Shown here piece after piece: positions 17,757 to 27,592 of a stretch of 64,000 nt of DNA. Source of the DNA: a virus (lineage: Duplodnaviria > Heunggongvirae > Uroviricota > Caudoviricetes); the IMG/VR virus record IMGVR_UViG_3300044445_000054. One strand, 5' to 3'. The notes beneath the pieces are model-generated. The model was not told where the DNA came from. It ran no database searches and saw only the letters and a program-made list of their open reading frames with translations. A program made the translations under genes and the position numbers. Positions within the stretch are counted from its first letter, which is position 1. Every line of letters begins with the position of its first letter.

Positions 17757-18398
17757 TTAACCCCAAGTTTCGGCCATCGCCTTGGCGATGCCGGGGAATG
17801 TGCGGCTGCGATCCTTCCACCGATCGGGACCGGGCGAGGCGTTGTGGATCACCGACCACGCCTTGTGCTCGGATGTGCCCTTGCGGGGCGGCACGAGCGC
17901 GGTGGCAGGCTTGGTCAGCGGCGACAGGCCCTTGAGCGTGAAACCGGTGGCCTTGAACGCCTCGTCACCGAACCACCACGGCTGCACGAAGTAGGTGGCG
18001 GGCATCACGCCGATCGGCGAGCCTAGCTCATGGCCGATTGCTGTTCGACCATACTTGTGCATGACCGGGTTCTCGACTGCAATCTTAGCAATCGGAGCCT
18101 TGAGCAGCTTGGCAAAGAACGCGGCACCGTCGAGCATCTGCTGCCAGCGAGGTGCGTCACGATCGCCGCCGCGAAGCCACCGCACGCCGCTGTTGGCGAG
18201 GTAGGTGCAGGGTGGGTGGGCGATCATCAAGTCCCATCGGCGTCCGCTATCGTTGATGACGCTGAACACGTCGTCGACAATATGAAACGGCGAGTTGTCC
18301 TCGCTGGGCAGCAGGTCGCAGCTGTAGACCTCGTGACCGCGGGCGCGGAACGCCTCGCGAGTGCGCCCGCTGTATTCGCAGGCAATTAGAACTCTCAT
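17757..18398 (-). CDS. C5-cytosine-methyltransferase-like protein with degenerate SAM motif (214 aa)
   Basis: VLIACEYSG...AFRARGHEV sits where motif I FxGxGG belongs. DLMIAHPPCTYLANSG aligns with motif IV GGPPCQxFSxAG. IAVENPV aligns with motif VI ENV. No target-recognition domain. GGAGAG SD. Confidence 0.4.
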   Translation of the reverse strand: MRVLIACEYSGRTREAFRARGHEVYSCDLLPSEDNSPFHIVDDVFSVINDSGRRWDLMIAHPPCTYLANSGVRWLRGGDRDAPRWQQMLDGAAFFAKLLKAPIAKIAVENPVMHKYGRTAIGHELGSPIGVMPATYFVQPWWFGDEAFKATGFTLKGLSPLTKPATALVPPRKGTSEHKAWSVIHNASPGPDRWKDRSRTFPGIAKAMAETWG

Positions 18399-18607
18399 GG
18401 CTCTCTCCATGCTCGGTAGCCGCCCGCGTAGTAGATCGCGTTCAGCGGGTGATGCCGTTTCGCTACGGCGTAGCGGGCCGCGCCCGACGAGCGCGCCCAC
18501 ACGAACTCGTCATCGCGACGACCTGTGTGAACCACCCGGTAGCGCCACAGGCGCACCGGGTGGTCGTAGCGGCGCGGCCGGTCGTCGATCAGCGGCAGGA
18601 GCCTCAC
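18395..18607 (-). CDS. small hypothetical protein (70 aa)
   Basis: GTGA/ATGA coupling on both sides. Arginine-rich. Confidence 0.3.
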   Translation of the reverse strand: MRLLPLIDDRPRRYDHPVRLWRYRVVHTGRRDDEFVWARSSGAARYAVAKRHHPLNAIYYAGGYRAWREP

Positions 18608-19002
18608 GGCAACGTCGGCAGGGTGCGGAGCAACGTCTGGACCATGTCATCGGTCAGGGTGTCGTCGCGGTAGTTGACACGCTCCAGCGCCGTCTTGAGC
18701 GCCGCGATTTGATCGTGCGTCAGGTAACGCAGATCATAGTGCCGACGCTCATATTCGTTGCGGTCATCCGGCGCGGGTCGAACGTCGATTTCGCGCCGCC
18801 CGAAGCCGGTCTCGTAGTCCTGCTGGCTGTCCATGCGGACGCGAATGGACCCGAAGCTGTCGACCTTGGGGTTGGTGACACTACCGTAGCGCCACACTTC
18901 TACCTGAACCCACGGCCGACCATCCGCTGTTGCCGGATTAGGTTGGCCCTCTTTGGTCAGGCAGACGACACGCTGGCCGCGGCGGAATTGGTTCTTGCTC
19001 AT
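18604..19002 (-). CDS. hypothetical protein (132 aa)
   Basis: Protein-like composition. Coupled to its neighbours. Confidence 0.5.
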   Translation of the reverse strand: MSKNQFRRGQRVVCLTKEGQPNPATADGRPWVQVEVWRYGSVTNPKVDSFGSIRVRMDSQQDYETGFGRREIDVRPAPDDRNEYERRHYDLRYLTHDQIAALKTALERVNYRDDTLTDDMVQTLLRTLPTLP

Positions 19003-19253
19003 AGCAGTTCTACCGTTTGAGGATCGAGGTTGACCACGACCACGCCGTCGTCGCCCTCCAGCACCAGCACGCCGTCCCAGACGCCGAGCAGGCCCACGAC
19101 GAAGCCGTAGCGGGCGCGCTTGCCGTCGAGATCGCGCGCCTCGGCGGGGAAGAAGCCGTTGTCGCAGCCGTTGTTGCAGAGCATCGTGCGCTCGCCCTCA
19201 AGGCGCTCGCGGCCGGTGCCCTCGCAGACATCACAGGTGTGCAGGTTTGGCAT
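18999..19253 (-). CDS. zinc-ribbon small protein
   Basis: MPNLHTCDVCEGTGRE...CNNGCDNG with CxxC...CxxxC. Confidence 0.4.
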   Translation of the reverse strand: MPNLHTCDVCEGTGRERLEGERTMLCNNGCDNGFFPAEARDLDGKRARYGFVVGLLGVWDGVLVLEGDDGVVVVNLDPQTVELL

Positions 19254-19476
19254 CGAAGCCCTCCGAAAGTTCGAGCCACACCCTAGCACCGCAGGACAGT
19301 GGCTTGTGCGGAGAATAGAAGAAACGCGCGACCACCGAACCGTCAGGTCCGGTGATCTCGACTTCGCTATGGCGTTCGGGCTTACTGCCCCGCCGGACGA
19401 TAATCGCCGGGCGCGTCCCGCCGTCCTTGGTGTTCGCCCGGATCGCGTCCTGAGCGACGTGGATTATCGTTTTCAT
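19231..19476 (-). CDS. hypothetical protein (81 aa)
   Basis: GGAGG SD 8 nt before ATG (MKTIIHVAQD...). Confidence 0.5.
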   Translation of the reverse strand: MKTIIHVAQDAIRANTKDGGTRPAIIVRRGSKPERHSEVEITGPDGSVVARFFYSPHKPLSCGARVWLELSEGFDAKPAHL

Positions 19477-19660
19477 GCATAGCCTCCGTGAGGACTTGTT
19501 CGAGGGAACGGAAGGCGTCGAGCGCCTCCGTCATGTTCGCACCGAGCGTGGGGTCGAAGTCCTTGCCGAACTTGGCGACACCGCGCTCCGTCTTGCGCCT
19601 ACGCTCGGTCACGAGCGCGAGCAGGCGACCAACGTCGCGCCGCGGCAGATCGAGCTTCAT
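19382..19660 (-). CDS. hypothetical protein (92 aa)
   Basis: Starts right after the terminator-like hairpin. Its 3' end overlaps the next gene by ~95 nt. Confidence 0.35.
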   Translation of the reverse strand: MKLDLPRRDVGRLLALVTERRRKTERGVAKFGKDFDPTLGANMTEALDAFRSLEQVLTEAMHENDNPRRSGRDPGEHQGRRDAPGDYRPAGQ

Positions 19661-19680
19661 AGATTTCTTTCTGGAAAGGT

Positions 19681-19702
19681 GGGGCGACCCGAAGGCCGCC
19701 CC
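19681..19702 (-). terminator. GC hairpin GGGGCGGCC-UUCG-GGUCGCCCC after the rIIB-like gene (weak U tract), approximate
   Basis: 9-bp stem (one mismatch) with a 4-nt loop, 8 nt after the stop at 19710. Followed in minus sense by ACCUUUCC. Confidence 0.3.
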
Positions 19703-19709
19703 GAGTAGT

Positions 19710-20936
19710 TTAGCCGACGTCCTTCGTCAGACGGACGAGGTCGAACTGCGACACCGAGCTGTCGCTGTTGAAGCGACCGGTCGCGGTGTAGACGTTGCCG
19801 CCGTCATCGACGATCGGATAGCCGGAGCCATCCCGCGCCGTGGCGATCGCCACCCTCGAACCGTTCCGACGCATCCACGTCTGACCCACGGCGAAACCGC
19901 CGCGAGTGCGCGCGATCTTCGGTGCCCGGCGGATCACGTCGATCACGTCGTAGTAACGATCGCTTTCAGGCGTATCGCTTCCCGCGTCACGACCAGTCCG
20001 GGCATGAACATGCAGCGGCTCGATCGCCAACTTGACGACGCCGACACACGCCACGGATCGCACCGTCGTTTCACGACCGTCGCGCAACCGCACCACATCG
20101 CCCGGCTTGAGATCGCCGGTCCACGTCCGAACCTTGCGGGCCGGAGCCACCGGAGCAGGCGACCAGTCGTAGACACGCGCCGTGCCGTAGTAGTCGCGCG
20201 CCGCCTTGTGCGGCACCTCGCCGACGACGGTCAGCTTGCAGCACCGGCCCTTGGACAGGTTGTAGTCCGTCGGGATCGCGGTGATGTCGGCCGGGTTCAC
20301 GGTGACGGCCATGAGGCGGTCGCCGCTGTCGAACGAGCCGTACGAGCCGCTCTCGACATATTCCATCGAGCAGAAGTGGATGCCCGTGGAGCACGTCTGA
20401 TTGCGGTTCGGATTGCACTCCTCACGCGGCTCGGTGACGACGTCGCCGATCTGGTGACGCAGCTTGCCGCGCTTGCCTGCCCGCTTCGAGTAGAAGTCCG
20501 ACTGGACGATCTTCCACGCCAGCAGCTGGCCGTCCGGCGTGATCGGCAGGTTGCCCTTGACGCACCAGTCATAAATGGTGTCGACCAGCGCCAGATCAGG
20601 GTTATTCCGGCAGTTCGCAAGGAACTTCTGGAAGGGAAGTGCCGCAGCCGGGTCTCCCGACTTGACGAAGTTCAGGATGACAGTCGCGAGGTTGTTCTTC
20701 ACCTCGGAGCCGCGATAGTACAGCTTGCCGTTGACGACCTTGATCTCGTCGCCGGTGAAGCTGGTGATCGCGGTCGGGATGTCGAGCAGCGGGGTGATGT
20801 CCCGCTCGGTCGTGTTCGGCTTCGTCGCCAGCTCGGAGAGCTGCTTGAAGTTCGGGTGCGACGAGGGGATGATGTGCGGACGGAAGTTCACGATCAGCGT
20901 GAGCGAAGTCGGCGTGCGAGTGTAGGCGATACCCAT
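19710..20936 (-). CDS. hypothetical protein (408 aa), possibly rIIB-like
   Basis: Adjacent to and co-oriented with the rIIA-like GHKL ATPase gene. Size and position fit an rIIA/rIIB pair. No motif seen. Confidence 0.35.
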   Translation of the reverse strand: MGIAYTRTPTSLTLIVNFRPHIIPSSHPNFKQLSELATKPNTTERDITPLLDIPTAITSFTGDEIKVVNGKLYYRGSEVKNNLATVILNFVKSGDPAAALPFQKFLANCRNNPDLALVDTIYDWCVKGNLPITPDGQLLAWKIVQSDFYSKRAGKRGKLRHQIGDVVTEPREECNPNRNQTCSTGIHFCSMEYVESGSYGSFDSGDRLMAVTVNPADITAIPTDYNLSKGRCCKLTVVGEVPHKAARDYYGTARVYDWSPAPVAPARKVRTWTGDLKPGDVVRLRDGRETTVRSVACVGVVKLAIEPLHVHARTGRDAGSDTPESDRYYDVIDVIRRAPKIARTRGGFAVGQTWMRRNGSRVAIATARDGSGYPIVDDGGNVYTATGRFNSDSSVSQFDLVRLTKDVG

Positions 20937-21005
20937 GATGTTCTCCAGTTCAAGTTCGGTTTCGGTAACGTGCCGCGGAAGCCGCCGCGGCTCGGTCGTA
21001 CACGC

Positions 21006-23114
21006 TTACAGGTGCTTAAACAAGATGTCGCGGTGATCCGCATCCTTGAGATCAAGCACATTCAGCAGGATGCGAACATCGCGCTGTTTCTCTTCGAGCG
21101 CCTCGGTCAGCGCCTTCGGGTTGATGCCGTCGGGCAGCTTGGCCTTGACGAACGGGGCCAGCCTGCGCTGGTCCGTGTTCAAGGGCTGGACGTATTTCTT
21201 CCATGCGCTGAACAGCTTGCCGAACGGGCGGTTGCGCGCCGCGGCCGGAAGCATGTCGTAGCGATGGTCGTGACGCATGTTGAAGAAGTCGTCCGACAAG
21301 CCCATCATGCGCCGATCGTTGGCCAGCGCCAGCTGTGCAGGCAGTTCGGGATACGCCGCCAGCGCCTTCTTCAATCGCTCGGCGAACACGTCGTCGAAGG
21401 ACTGGAAGGTTGCCGTGAGCTTGCTCTCGTCAGCCTGATTGACGAACACCAGCTCGCCGAACGACACCAGCTCGGCCGCCATCTTGTTATGGAAGCCGTT
21501 CGGCAGGTCGAACGAGTTCATGACCACCATGATGCCCTTGGCCGGTTGGTCGGCGTAAGGCACCTCGGTGACCGCCTTCTCCTTGCTGCGAGACGGCGTC
21601 AGGTTGTTGATCGGCCGATGCGTGTAGGCATCGTTGCCGCCGTTGAACAAGAACATGCGGACGCGAGGCCGCACATTCTTGACGCGCGCCGCGGCTGCGG
21701 CAGGCTCGGGCATCGACGAGGTCAGCACGTAGTCGGTCGGGTTGCGCATCAGGCCCAGCAGAAACTGGACCTTGGTCTCGTCCTCACCGCGCAGCACGAG
21801 CGTTTTCTTCACCTGCGGCTGGTCGGTGATGTACTCGCGCAGACGTGCCGTCGTCTTCGACTTGGGCGACTGCGGCAGGTCGTCGATGATGAGCGTCTCG
21901 ATCTCGCCCGGCGTGATGCCGTACAGCTCGACCAGACCGGTCCACTTGGGCGTCGGGCAAGTCGAGGACCGCCGCGAGCGCTGCGGGTCGACCGTCCACG
22001 CCTTGACCCCGTTGCCCCACACGATGCCGAGCGCCTTGGCGTCGTCCGATGCAATGCGGAACGACGTCTCCAGCTTGTTGCCCTTGTACTTGGCGTTCGC
22101 CATGAGCAGCTTGCCGCGGCCGGTGGTGGCCGTGCTGCCCGTGCCGACTTCCTCGTACAGACGCTTCATCGCGTCCCACTCGCTCGCGTCGTTGTCGAAG
22201 TAATGCGAGAACGTGGCGACCACGTCGTCGATCACTGACTCCAGCGCGATGCGGATGTTCTCGGTGGTCTTGGGGATGTACGACAGCTGCTCGCGTGACA
22301 TCGCCACGCCGCACGCGCCGAGCGGCAGGATAAGGTCGAGGCCGTATTCGAGCAGCGGCGACAGCTTGGCGTCGGAGCGCAGCTTCCAGTCGAGCGACGA
22401 CGTGGCGACCGGGTAACGCACGCCGCCCATGATGACGCCCAGCGGTCCAGCCTTGGGGCGGATAGACCAGTTGGTGCCGACGTAAGTATAGTCGGGGGCG
22501 TTCAAAGTACCGTTCGTGACGAGCGGCAGCGGCCGGAAGTATTGGAGCGCTTCCTGCGCCGCAGCAGTGAACGTCTCCATGTCGGCTTCCTCGACCGGGA
22601 AGCTGACCTCGACGCCGTTCGGCTCGTCGGTCGTGGTCTGGCCCTGCAAGCCGACGGCGGGGATGCCGTCCTCGTCCTTGAACATCGTGTAGACGGACAG
22701 GATGCCCTCGTGGACGACGCGCAGGGTGTACTGGTCGACGTAAGCGAACGGCGACTTGGAGCCGATGCCGAACCCGCCGATGTCGTCGTCCGACTTGTCC
22801 TTGGTCGAGCCGTCGGTGTACGCCATGAACGGCCCCATGACGAAGTCGTGGGCCATGCCGGTGCCGAAGTCACGGACGATGCAGGTGGGGTCGAGCGAGC
22901 ACGGCAGCTGGACCTCGACCGGGCGGGTCGGACACACGGTCCGCTGCGCGTCGATGCCGTTGGCGACCAGCTCGCGGAAGATTGCGAGCGGCTTGTTGGC
23001 GTAGGTGTCGTTGGCGAACATGTCGAAAATCTTCGGCGTCGCCTTGATGGTCGCCTTGGCGACCTGCATCGTGCCTTGCGAGCTAACCTCGCGGCGAACT
23101 TGTTCGAGCTGCAT
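21006..23114 (-). CDS. rIIA-like protein with N-terminal GHKL (HATPase_c) ATPase domain
   Basis: N-box ELVANGIDA, G1 box DFGTGM, G2 box GGFGIGSKS. ~700 aa, as in T4 rIIA. Confidence 0.5.
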   Translation of the reverse strand: MQLEQVRREVSSQGTMQVAKATIKATPKIFDMFANDTYANKPLAIFRELVANGIDAQRTVCPTRPVEVQLPCSLDPTCIVRDFGTGMAHDFVMGPFMAYTDGSTKDKSDDDIGGFGIGSKSPFAYVDQYTLRVVHEGILSVYTMFKDEDGIPAVGLQGQTTTDEPNGVEVSFPVEEADMETFTAAAQEALQYFRPLPLVTNGTLNAPDYTYVGTNWSIRPKAGPLGVIMGGVRYPVATSSLDWKLRSDAKLSPLLEYGLDLILPLGACGVAMSREQLSYIPKTTENIRIALESVIDDVVATFSHYFDNDASEWDAMKRLYEEVGTGSTATTGRGKLLMANAKYKGNKLETSFRIASDDAKALGIVWGNGVKAWTVDPQRSRRSSTCPTPKWTGLVELYGITPGEIETLIIDDLPQSPKSKTTARLREYITDQPQVKKTLVLRGEDETKVQFLLGLMRNPTDYVLTSSMPEPAAAAARVKNVRPRVRMFLFNGGNDAYTHRPINNLTPSRSKEKAVTEVPYADQPAKGIMVVMNSFDLPNGFHNKMAAELVSFGELVFVNQADESKLTATFQSFDDVFAERLKKALAAYPELPAQLALANDRRMMGLSDDFFNMRHDHRYDMLPAAARNRPFGKLFSAWKKYVQPLNTDQRRLAPFVKAKLPDGINPKALTEALEEKQRDVRILLNVLDLKDADHRDILFKHL

Positions 23115-23276
23115 GATTTTGGATCCTCTTGTTGAGATAGTCGAGGCCCTCGCTGGTGAGGGCCTCATCATTGTCGGCGTCGAAGTCAGGGTCGACGATG
23201 TTGGAGGAAACGACGGGCACCGAGCCACCCGCGTCGATCCTCGAAAAGGTGCGAAATACTCGGTGCCCGTTCGGTG

Positions 23277-23654
23277 TCACAGGGCCAGCTGGGCGAGGAC
23301 AGGCGACATCTGCTTGTCGCCCATCGCATAGCCCTCCCGCGGTGCCTCGCTGCGCTGCGGGCGCTGCTCCAGCATGTCGATCTTGTTGATCGAGAACAGC
23401 GTCCACTGCGGCAGCGGACGGCTGGCGGCTCCGGCAAGCTGGTAGCCGCGCATGACCAGCGACTGGTCCTTGGGCGACCGGCCGACGGCGTGGACCTCGA
23501 CGACGCGGTACTTGCCGTCATACATGAAGTCGACGGTGCCGCCCTGCGCCATTGCCTCGATCAGCTGGGACGCGTAGTGCGCGCCCGGCTGACCCCACAG
23601 GGCCTCCGTCGTCTGTGCGACGGAAAGACCCATGAAGCAGGTGACGGCGATCAC
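23277..23654 (-). CDS. hypothetical protein (125 aa)
   Basis: FMYDGKYRVVEVHAVGRSPKDQSLVMRGYQL... Confidence 0.45.
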   Translation of the reverse strand: MIAVTCFMGLSVAQTTEALWGQPGAHYASQLIEAMAQGGTVDFMYDGKYRVVEVHAVGRSPKDQSLVMRGYQLAGAASRPLPQWTLFSINKIDMLEQRPQRSEAPREGYAMGDKQMSPVLAQLAL

Positions 23655-23974
23655 GCCCGCGCCTCACGCTGCGCGCGGCGCTGACGCCGATCCTTGAGCA
23701 TCTGGAGACGCTCCATCCGGTAATCGTCGTTGACCGTCGTCGTGCGCGTCGTGGTGACGGGCACCAGCGTCTTGGCCGTGATTGACAGACCCTTGGTCGT
23801 GCGGATCGGCGCGTACGGGTTGCCGCTATGCCCGCTGTAGCCGGTGCGCAAGCGGCCGAAGACGCGGCGCGGGCGGTTGTGATGCGGCACCCAGAGCGCA
23901 CGCTCCAGCGCCTGCAATGCCGTGGCGTTGCCCGTCGCCGCGGCGGCGCGCAGCGTGTTGAGATGCTTACCCAT
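23651..23974 (-). CDS. hypothetical basic protein (107 aa)
   Basis: ATGA coupling. Confidence 0.35.
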   Translation of the reverse strand: MGKHLNTLRAAAATGNATALQALERALWVPHHNRPRRVFGRLRTGYSGHSGNPYAPIRTTKGLSITAKTLVPVTTTRTTTVNDDYRMERLQMLKDRRQRRAQREARA

Positions 23975-24170
23975 AGGTCGTCTCCATTTCGATTGTGGCG
24001 ATCGGTGCGATCACCAGGATGCCGTGTACGAAGTAGGCGAGGCCCGACGTCAGCAGCAAGTTGCGAGCCTCCGCCCAGCTTCGGCTCCAGTCCGCCAGAG
24101 GCACCGCCTCCGGGGATTGGACGCCTGCACGTATGACGGGACGGTGGAACGCTGTGAAGTCAGGCCTCAT
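23967..24170 (-). CDS. small membrane protein (67 aa)
   Basis: One C-terminal TM segment: LLTSGLAYFVHGILVIAPIATI. Confidence 0.35.
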   Translation of the reverse strand: MRPDFTAFHRPVIRAGVQSPEAVPLADWSRSWAEARNLLLTSGLAYFVHGILVIAPIATIEMETTYG

Positions 24171-24187
24171 GATATTACCCCGTAGTT

Positions 24188-24784
24188 TTACTTGGACTCG
24201 ACGGTGAACGAGGTCGCCGCCTTGTTCTCGATGGTCGCCGCGGCGATGATGCGACGCTGCATCGCCTGCGACAGCCCCTCGTTGGCGAGCGCCGCGGTGA
24301 GTGCACCGGCTTCGAGCCGGGTCGAGGCCGCCTTGGTCGTGGCGGTCACGACGTAGCGGTCGCTGTCGAACACGACGCCGTTCTGCACGTCGCCGGTGAT
24401 GATGCCCAGCTTGGTCAGCTCGGTCTTGGCCTTCTTCTTCTCGGCCTCGCCGGTGCGAACCAGCTCGGCGGCGACGCCCAGCTTGCGGACGGCCTGCTCC
24501 TTGGCGCTGTCGGCGTCGAGCGGCTTGAGGAGCGTGTCGAGGGCGGCTTTCACGAGGGTCTTGAAGTTCTTCATGGCATGTCCTTTGGGAGTCAGGTTGC
24601 GAATGTCCACGACGCGCTCCCGGCCGTCGTAGTCGAAGCGAGCGAGGATCAGGTTGCGGTCACTCGACCGCGTCTTCACCTGCATCTTGGTGATGGTGCA
24701 GGCCTTCCCCGACAATGTCGAGGAAGGCCCGGTGTAGACACAGTCGCTACCACGCATCATGTAGCGACCGTTGTTCGGGTCCAC
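24188..24784 (-). CDS. hypothetical protein (198 aa; alternative internal start at 24574 with AAGGA SD)
   Basis: Coiled-coil-like C-terminal half. Confidence 0.45.
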   Translation of the reverse strand: MDPNNGRYMMRGSDCVYTGPSSTLSGKACTITKMQVKTRSSDRNLILARFDYDGRERVVDIRNLTPKGHAMKNFKTLVKAALDTLLKPLDADSAKEQAVRKLGVAAELVRTGEAEKKKAKTELTKLGIITGDVQNGVVFDSDRYVVTATTKAASTRLEAGALTAALANEGLSQAMQRRIIAAATIENKAATSFTVESK

Positions 24785-25192
24785 TTACCCGTCCAGCGCG
24801 GCAAGCTCGGCGCGCAGCGCCTCCGGCGACTTCGACCCCAGCTCGCGACGCTCGGCCGCGGCGATCGCGTCGAGCAGCACCTCGCGCTGCTGGCGCTTGT
24901 TGACGAGTTCACGCTCACGGGCGTTGGCGGCCTCGCGGTCGGCGATCACGAACTTCACCAGTTCGAGCTTCTCGTTCAGCTCGGTGCGCGCCGGGTCGGT
25001 CGACGCGGTGGTCACGAACGAGCGGGTGCCCGCCTTGTCCAGCTCGTCGGCGATGCCGATTGCGACGTCGTTCAGGTTCGCCTTGCTGACGCTGGTCAGC
25101 GGCAGGCCGAAGAGCTGCTCGGTGGTGAGCAGCCCCTGCGGCGAGTTGAAGCGGAAGCGCTTGCGCGCGGCGATTTCGAAGAGATTGGGCAT
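24785..25192 (-). CDS. hypothetical protein (135 aa)
   Basis: Protein-like composition. Confidence 0.45.
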   Translation of the reverse strand: MPNLFEIAARKRFRFNSPQGLLTTEQLFGLPLTSVSKANLNDVAIGIADELDKAGTRSFVTTASTDPARTELNEKLELVKFVIADREAANARERELVNKRQQREVLLDAIAAAERRELGSKSPEALRAELAALDG

Positions 25193-27156
25193 CAGAACTG
25201 TACCTCGTATGTGCGGCCATCGGCGATCGCAATCACCTTGTCACCGCGGGTGGAAGAGAAACCGACGCCGGACAGCTGGCTGTCAGACGGCGGGCACTTG
25301 GTCTTGGAGGACAACACCTCGAAGACCTTCCGGTGCGGGTCGAGCGACCCACGCAGGAACTCGTTGACGAAGCCACGGGTGGCGTCGGGGTTCTTACAGC
25401 CTTCCAGCATAAAGAACCAGTGCTTGTTGCCGACATCGCCCGCACCCTCCCAGAAGTTGGGCGAGGTCATGATCGTGTCGACGCGGACCGGGGTCAGCGT
25501 CTTGACGCCCCACTTCTCGGTCGAGACCGAGCGGTTGGTCATGCCAGTGCCGTGCTTGATGCCCGCCAGCTGGCCGTTGGCGATCGTGAGCGTGATCGAC
25601 ACATTCTCGCCGGTTCGCATGCCCTTGGGGTAGGACAGCTCGTGCAGCGCGCCCTGCACCTCGATCTCCAGCCGGAAGCCTTCATTCTCGCTGTAACGGC
25701 GGCTGTACTGGTTGACGGTGAACTTGTATTCGCCGTCGCGGGGCATGACCTTCCACGCCATGTTCTCGACCGGGTTGGTGCGGTTGGTGGCCGCGCCAGC
25801 GTTCATGTCGACGTCGAGGATGCCACGCTTCTCGTAGAAGGCAATGTGCTGACGATCGGGCGTGTCGCAGTGCAGATCGAGGTCATCGCCGTTGAACCAG
25901 CCGAGGCTGACCCGCATGGCACCGTCGACCCGTCCGCCTGCCGCCTTGACGCGCTCCTTCATGCCGGTGTCCGCCAGCTCGCCGTCGTACATCCAAGCGA
26001 AGCCGTTGCTCCACTTGAACAGCTGGCCGCCGTCATCATAGACGGGCGCGGTCAGCGACACGAAGTTGCTCTGCTGGCTGTTGGCGATGACCAGCTCGAC
26101 CGACTTCTTGGGCAGCGCCATGAAGGCCTCGATCGAGATCGGCGTCGCGTCCTTGGACACGGTCGCGGCCTTGACCTTGGTCGACCCCATGAGCAGGTCG
26201 GCAAGGCCGCCCTTCATCTTGCCGCGCACCTCGTTGTCGACGAACAGCACGTCGTTGACGCTCACGTCCTCGATTGTGGCGTAGCGGCGGTCGACCGCAT
26301 GCTCCAGACCCAGCTCGGCGAGCTTGGCGACGGCCTGCTCGATCATCTTGGGGGTGATGAGCGCGGTCGGACGCTTATAGTTCTCCGGCGCGACCTTCGC
26401 CTCGAACTTCTTGACGGCCTGCTCCAGCTCGGTGCCATCGGCGAGGTCGGTCAGCAGCGTGCCGATGACCGTGTTGCGGAAGCGGGCGTTGCGGTTGTCG
26501 AGGTTGGCCCAGATGAAGGCGTTGCGGTCATCGGCGGACAGGTAGTCGCGCTGGAGATCGCGGAAGCCCTTGATCGACGCGACGTGTTCCGCGCCGCGGT
26601 ACAGCGCCTTGGCCTCGATCAGGTCGAGGACCGTCTCGAAGTCGCCGACGTTCAGCTCTTCCAGACCGCGGCGCAGCACCTGCGCGGTGGTGTTGATGTC
26701 GCCGCGTGCCTTGTCGGGCGTGGCGGACAGGTGGCGGGTCGCGACCTTGCCGAGGAAGTGCTCCCAGCGGATCGTGGTGTCGTGGTTGTCCCAGTTCGGC
26801 GCGCTGCCGAAGCTGCGCTCCTTGGTGCGGAACACCGAGACGATCGGAGCCTGCAACACGACATCGTTCAGGCGGCGGGCGACCTCGTTGTACGGGTAGG
26901 GCATGTCGTCCATGCCGGTCCACACCGACTCGCGGTGGCCGTCGTCGTAGATCGCGACCACGTTGCCGAGACGCCGAATGAAGTTCTTGTCGGCGTTACA
27001 GTCGTGGACGGTGCGGACCCGGTAGATCGGGTCGGTGCCTTCGGGGAAGGCGGCGAGATAGCTGGCGAACAGGTCTTCGACGTCGACCACGAACAGTTCG
27101 CGCTTGGCGAGGTTGTCGTACTTGGCGGCGACGGCGGCTGCGAAGGTCTTAAACAT
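25192..27156 (-). CDS. large hypothetical protein (654 aa)
   Basis: Long ORF with excellent composition. No motif I can name. Confidence 0.65.
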   Translation of the reverse strand: MFKTFAAAVAAKYDNLAKRELFVVDVEDLFASYLAAFPEGTDPIYRVRTVHDCNADKNFIRRLGNVVAIYDDGHRESVWTGMDDMPYPYNEVARRLNDVVLQAPIVSVFRTKERSFGSAPNWDNHDTTIRWEHFLGKVATRHLSATPDKARGDINTTAQVLRRGLEELNVGDFETVLDLIEAKALYRGAEHVASIKGFRDLQRDYLSADDRNAFIWANLDNRNARFRNTVIGTLLTDLADGTELEQAVKKFEAKVAPENYKRPTALITPKMIEQAVAKLAELGLEHAVDRRYATIEDVSVNDVLFVDNEVRGKMKGGLADLLMGSTKVKAATVSKDATPISIEAFMALPKKSVELVIANSQQSNFVSLTAPVYDDGGQLFKWSNGFAWMYDGELADTGMKERVKAAGGRVDGAMRVSLGWFNGDDLDLHCDTPDRQHIAFYEKRGILDVDMNAGAATNRTNPVENMAWKVMPRDGEYKFTVNQYSRRYSENEGFRLEIEVQGALHELSYPKGMRTGENVSITLTIANGQLAGIKHGTGMTNRSVSTEKWGVKTLTPVRVDTIMTSPNFWEGAGDVGNKHWFFMLEGCKNPDATRGFVNEFLRGSLDPHRKVFEVLSSKTKCPPSDSQLSGVGFSSTRGDKVIAIADGRTYEVQF

Positions 27157-27592
27157 GGGCTTCTTCCAATTCTGGCAGGGTGTTGAAGTCGTCGAGGTTG
27201 AAGTAAAGGCGGCCTGCGCCTCGCATCTGTCCTTTCAATTTCTTGGGGGTGAGGAACTGGCTCGGGCTGGCCACCACCTTGACGGTGATCTGGTTCTCGC
27301 CGGAGCGGCTGACGTGGTATCGCTCGATCTGGAGCACGGTGCCCGACGGCAGATTACCGTCGAAGCCGCGGGCTTCCCGCTCACTCTTGCGCCACTCGTG
27401 ATAGGCTTCGACCCATGTCGACCCGGCCCCGACCGTGCTGATGCCCGTTGCCTTGGTGAAGGCGTCGAAGTTGTACTTCGGTTGGCTCCACAACGTCTCT
27501 TCATTATCCGAGTCGTTCTTGAACCTGTCACTCGACGCCCAGTCCTCGGCGAGCCGCCACTGGCTGTCGAGGGGAGGCAGAAATGCCTTCAT
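27149..27592 (-). CDS. hypothetical protein (147 aa)
   Basis: MKAFLPPLDSQWRLAEDW... Confidence 0.45.
   Translation of the reverse strand: MKAFLPPLDSQWRLAEDWASSDRFKNDSDNEETLWSQPKYNFDAFTKATGISTVGAGSTWVEAYHEWRKSEREARGFDGNLPSGTVLQIERYHVSRSGENQITVKVVASPSQFLTPKKLKGQMRGAGRLYFNLDDFNTLPELEEAHV

Noticed and set aside
19488-22238. 916-aa plus-strand ORF
   Set aside because: Antisense to the rIIA-like/rIIB-like genes. Arg/Ala/Gly-rich composition typical of a GC-rich antisense frame. No SD.
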